NCBI RefSeq assembly: GCF_964355755.1 | Contig: NC_092670.1 | Span: 21,748,795 to 21,812,794 of the forward strand | Direction of reading: 5' to 3' | Length of the DNA: 64,000 nucleotides | Source of the DNA: Antedon mediterranea | Taxonomy: Eukaryota > Animalia > Echinodermata | Program-made: the position numbers and the translations under genes | Notes under the pieces: generated by a model | What the model saw: the letters and a program-made list of their open reading frames with translations, nothing else | Told to the model about the DNA's origin: nothing | The model's database searches: none | Shown: piece after piece, positions 63,721 through 64,000 of the stretch | Layout: each line of letters opens with the position of its first letter | Numbering within the stretch: position 1 is the first letter of the stretch

Positions 63721-64000
63721 TAGTACTACTATGATACAATTACCTATTTTGGCCCGGTAAAAATAATTCTTTTTATTTGAATCTAGCACTTTTTTCAAGA
63801 CTATTGAACAATCAAAACACAAGAATAATGTCACGTTCATATTTATTCGTTGTCACAGTCGCTGTTTCAATTGTCACATTGATTTCAGTTACAAGTGTCC
63901 TGAACAATCCCAACACATGTTTTACAAGACAAATTGTCACTTTTAATCTATACAAATTTACCGGTTCCCAAATTAAATTTTCCTACTGATGATGTTTGAC

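Overview
AT-rich, intron-containing animal genomic DNA, probably a marine invertebrate; an echinoderm-like deuterostome is a low-confidence inference. All gene models were assembled by hand from GT-AG junctions and frame arithmetic. On the minus strand, left to right: the 5' exons of a secreted multi-EGF gene cut by the window edge; a complete 6-coding-exon cytosolic serine hydroxymethyltransferase (469 aa); a complete 5-exon Rac/Cdc42-type GTPase (193 aa) with its G12, T35, A59 and Q61 equivalents replaced; and a tandem pair of ARM-TIR-SAM genes. One copy of the pair is intact (619 aa, putative catalytic Glu present); the other is a pseudogene missing two exons. On the plus strand is a 4-exon meteorin-family gene (324 aa). 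The rest is non-coding DNA rich in DNA transposon derivatives (hAT-like with 6-bp TSD in 2 copies, MULE, Harbinger, mariner-type MITE), LINE 3' ends, tRNA-derived SINEs and tiny scars that look like transposon excision footprints. The best candidate for an undescribed system is the SARM1-rearranged ARM-TIR-SAM locus lying directly upstream of a catalytically degenerate Rac-like GTPase, a possible guard/decoy immune module. That link is inference only.
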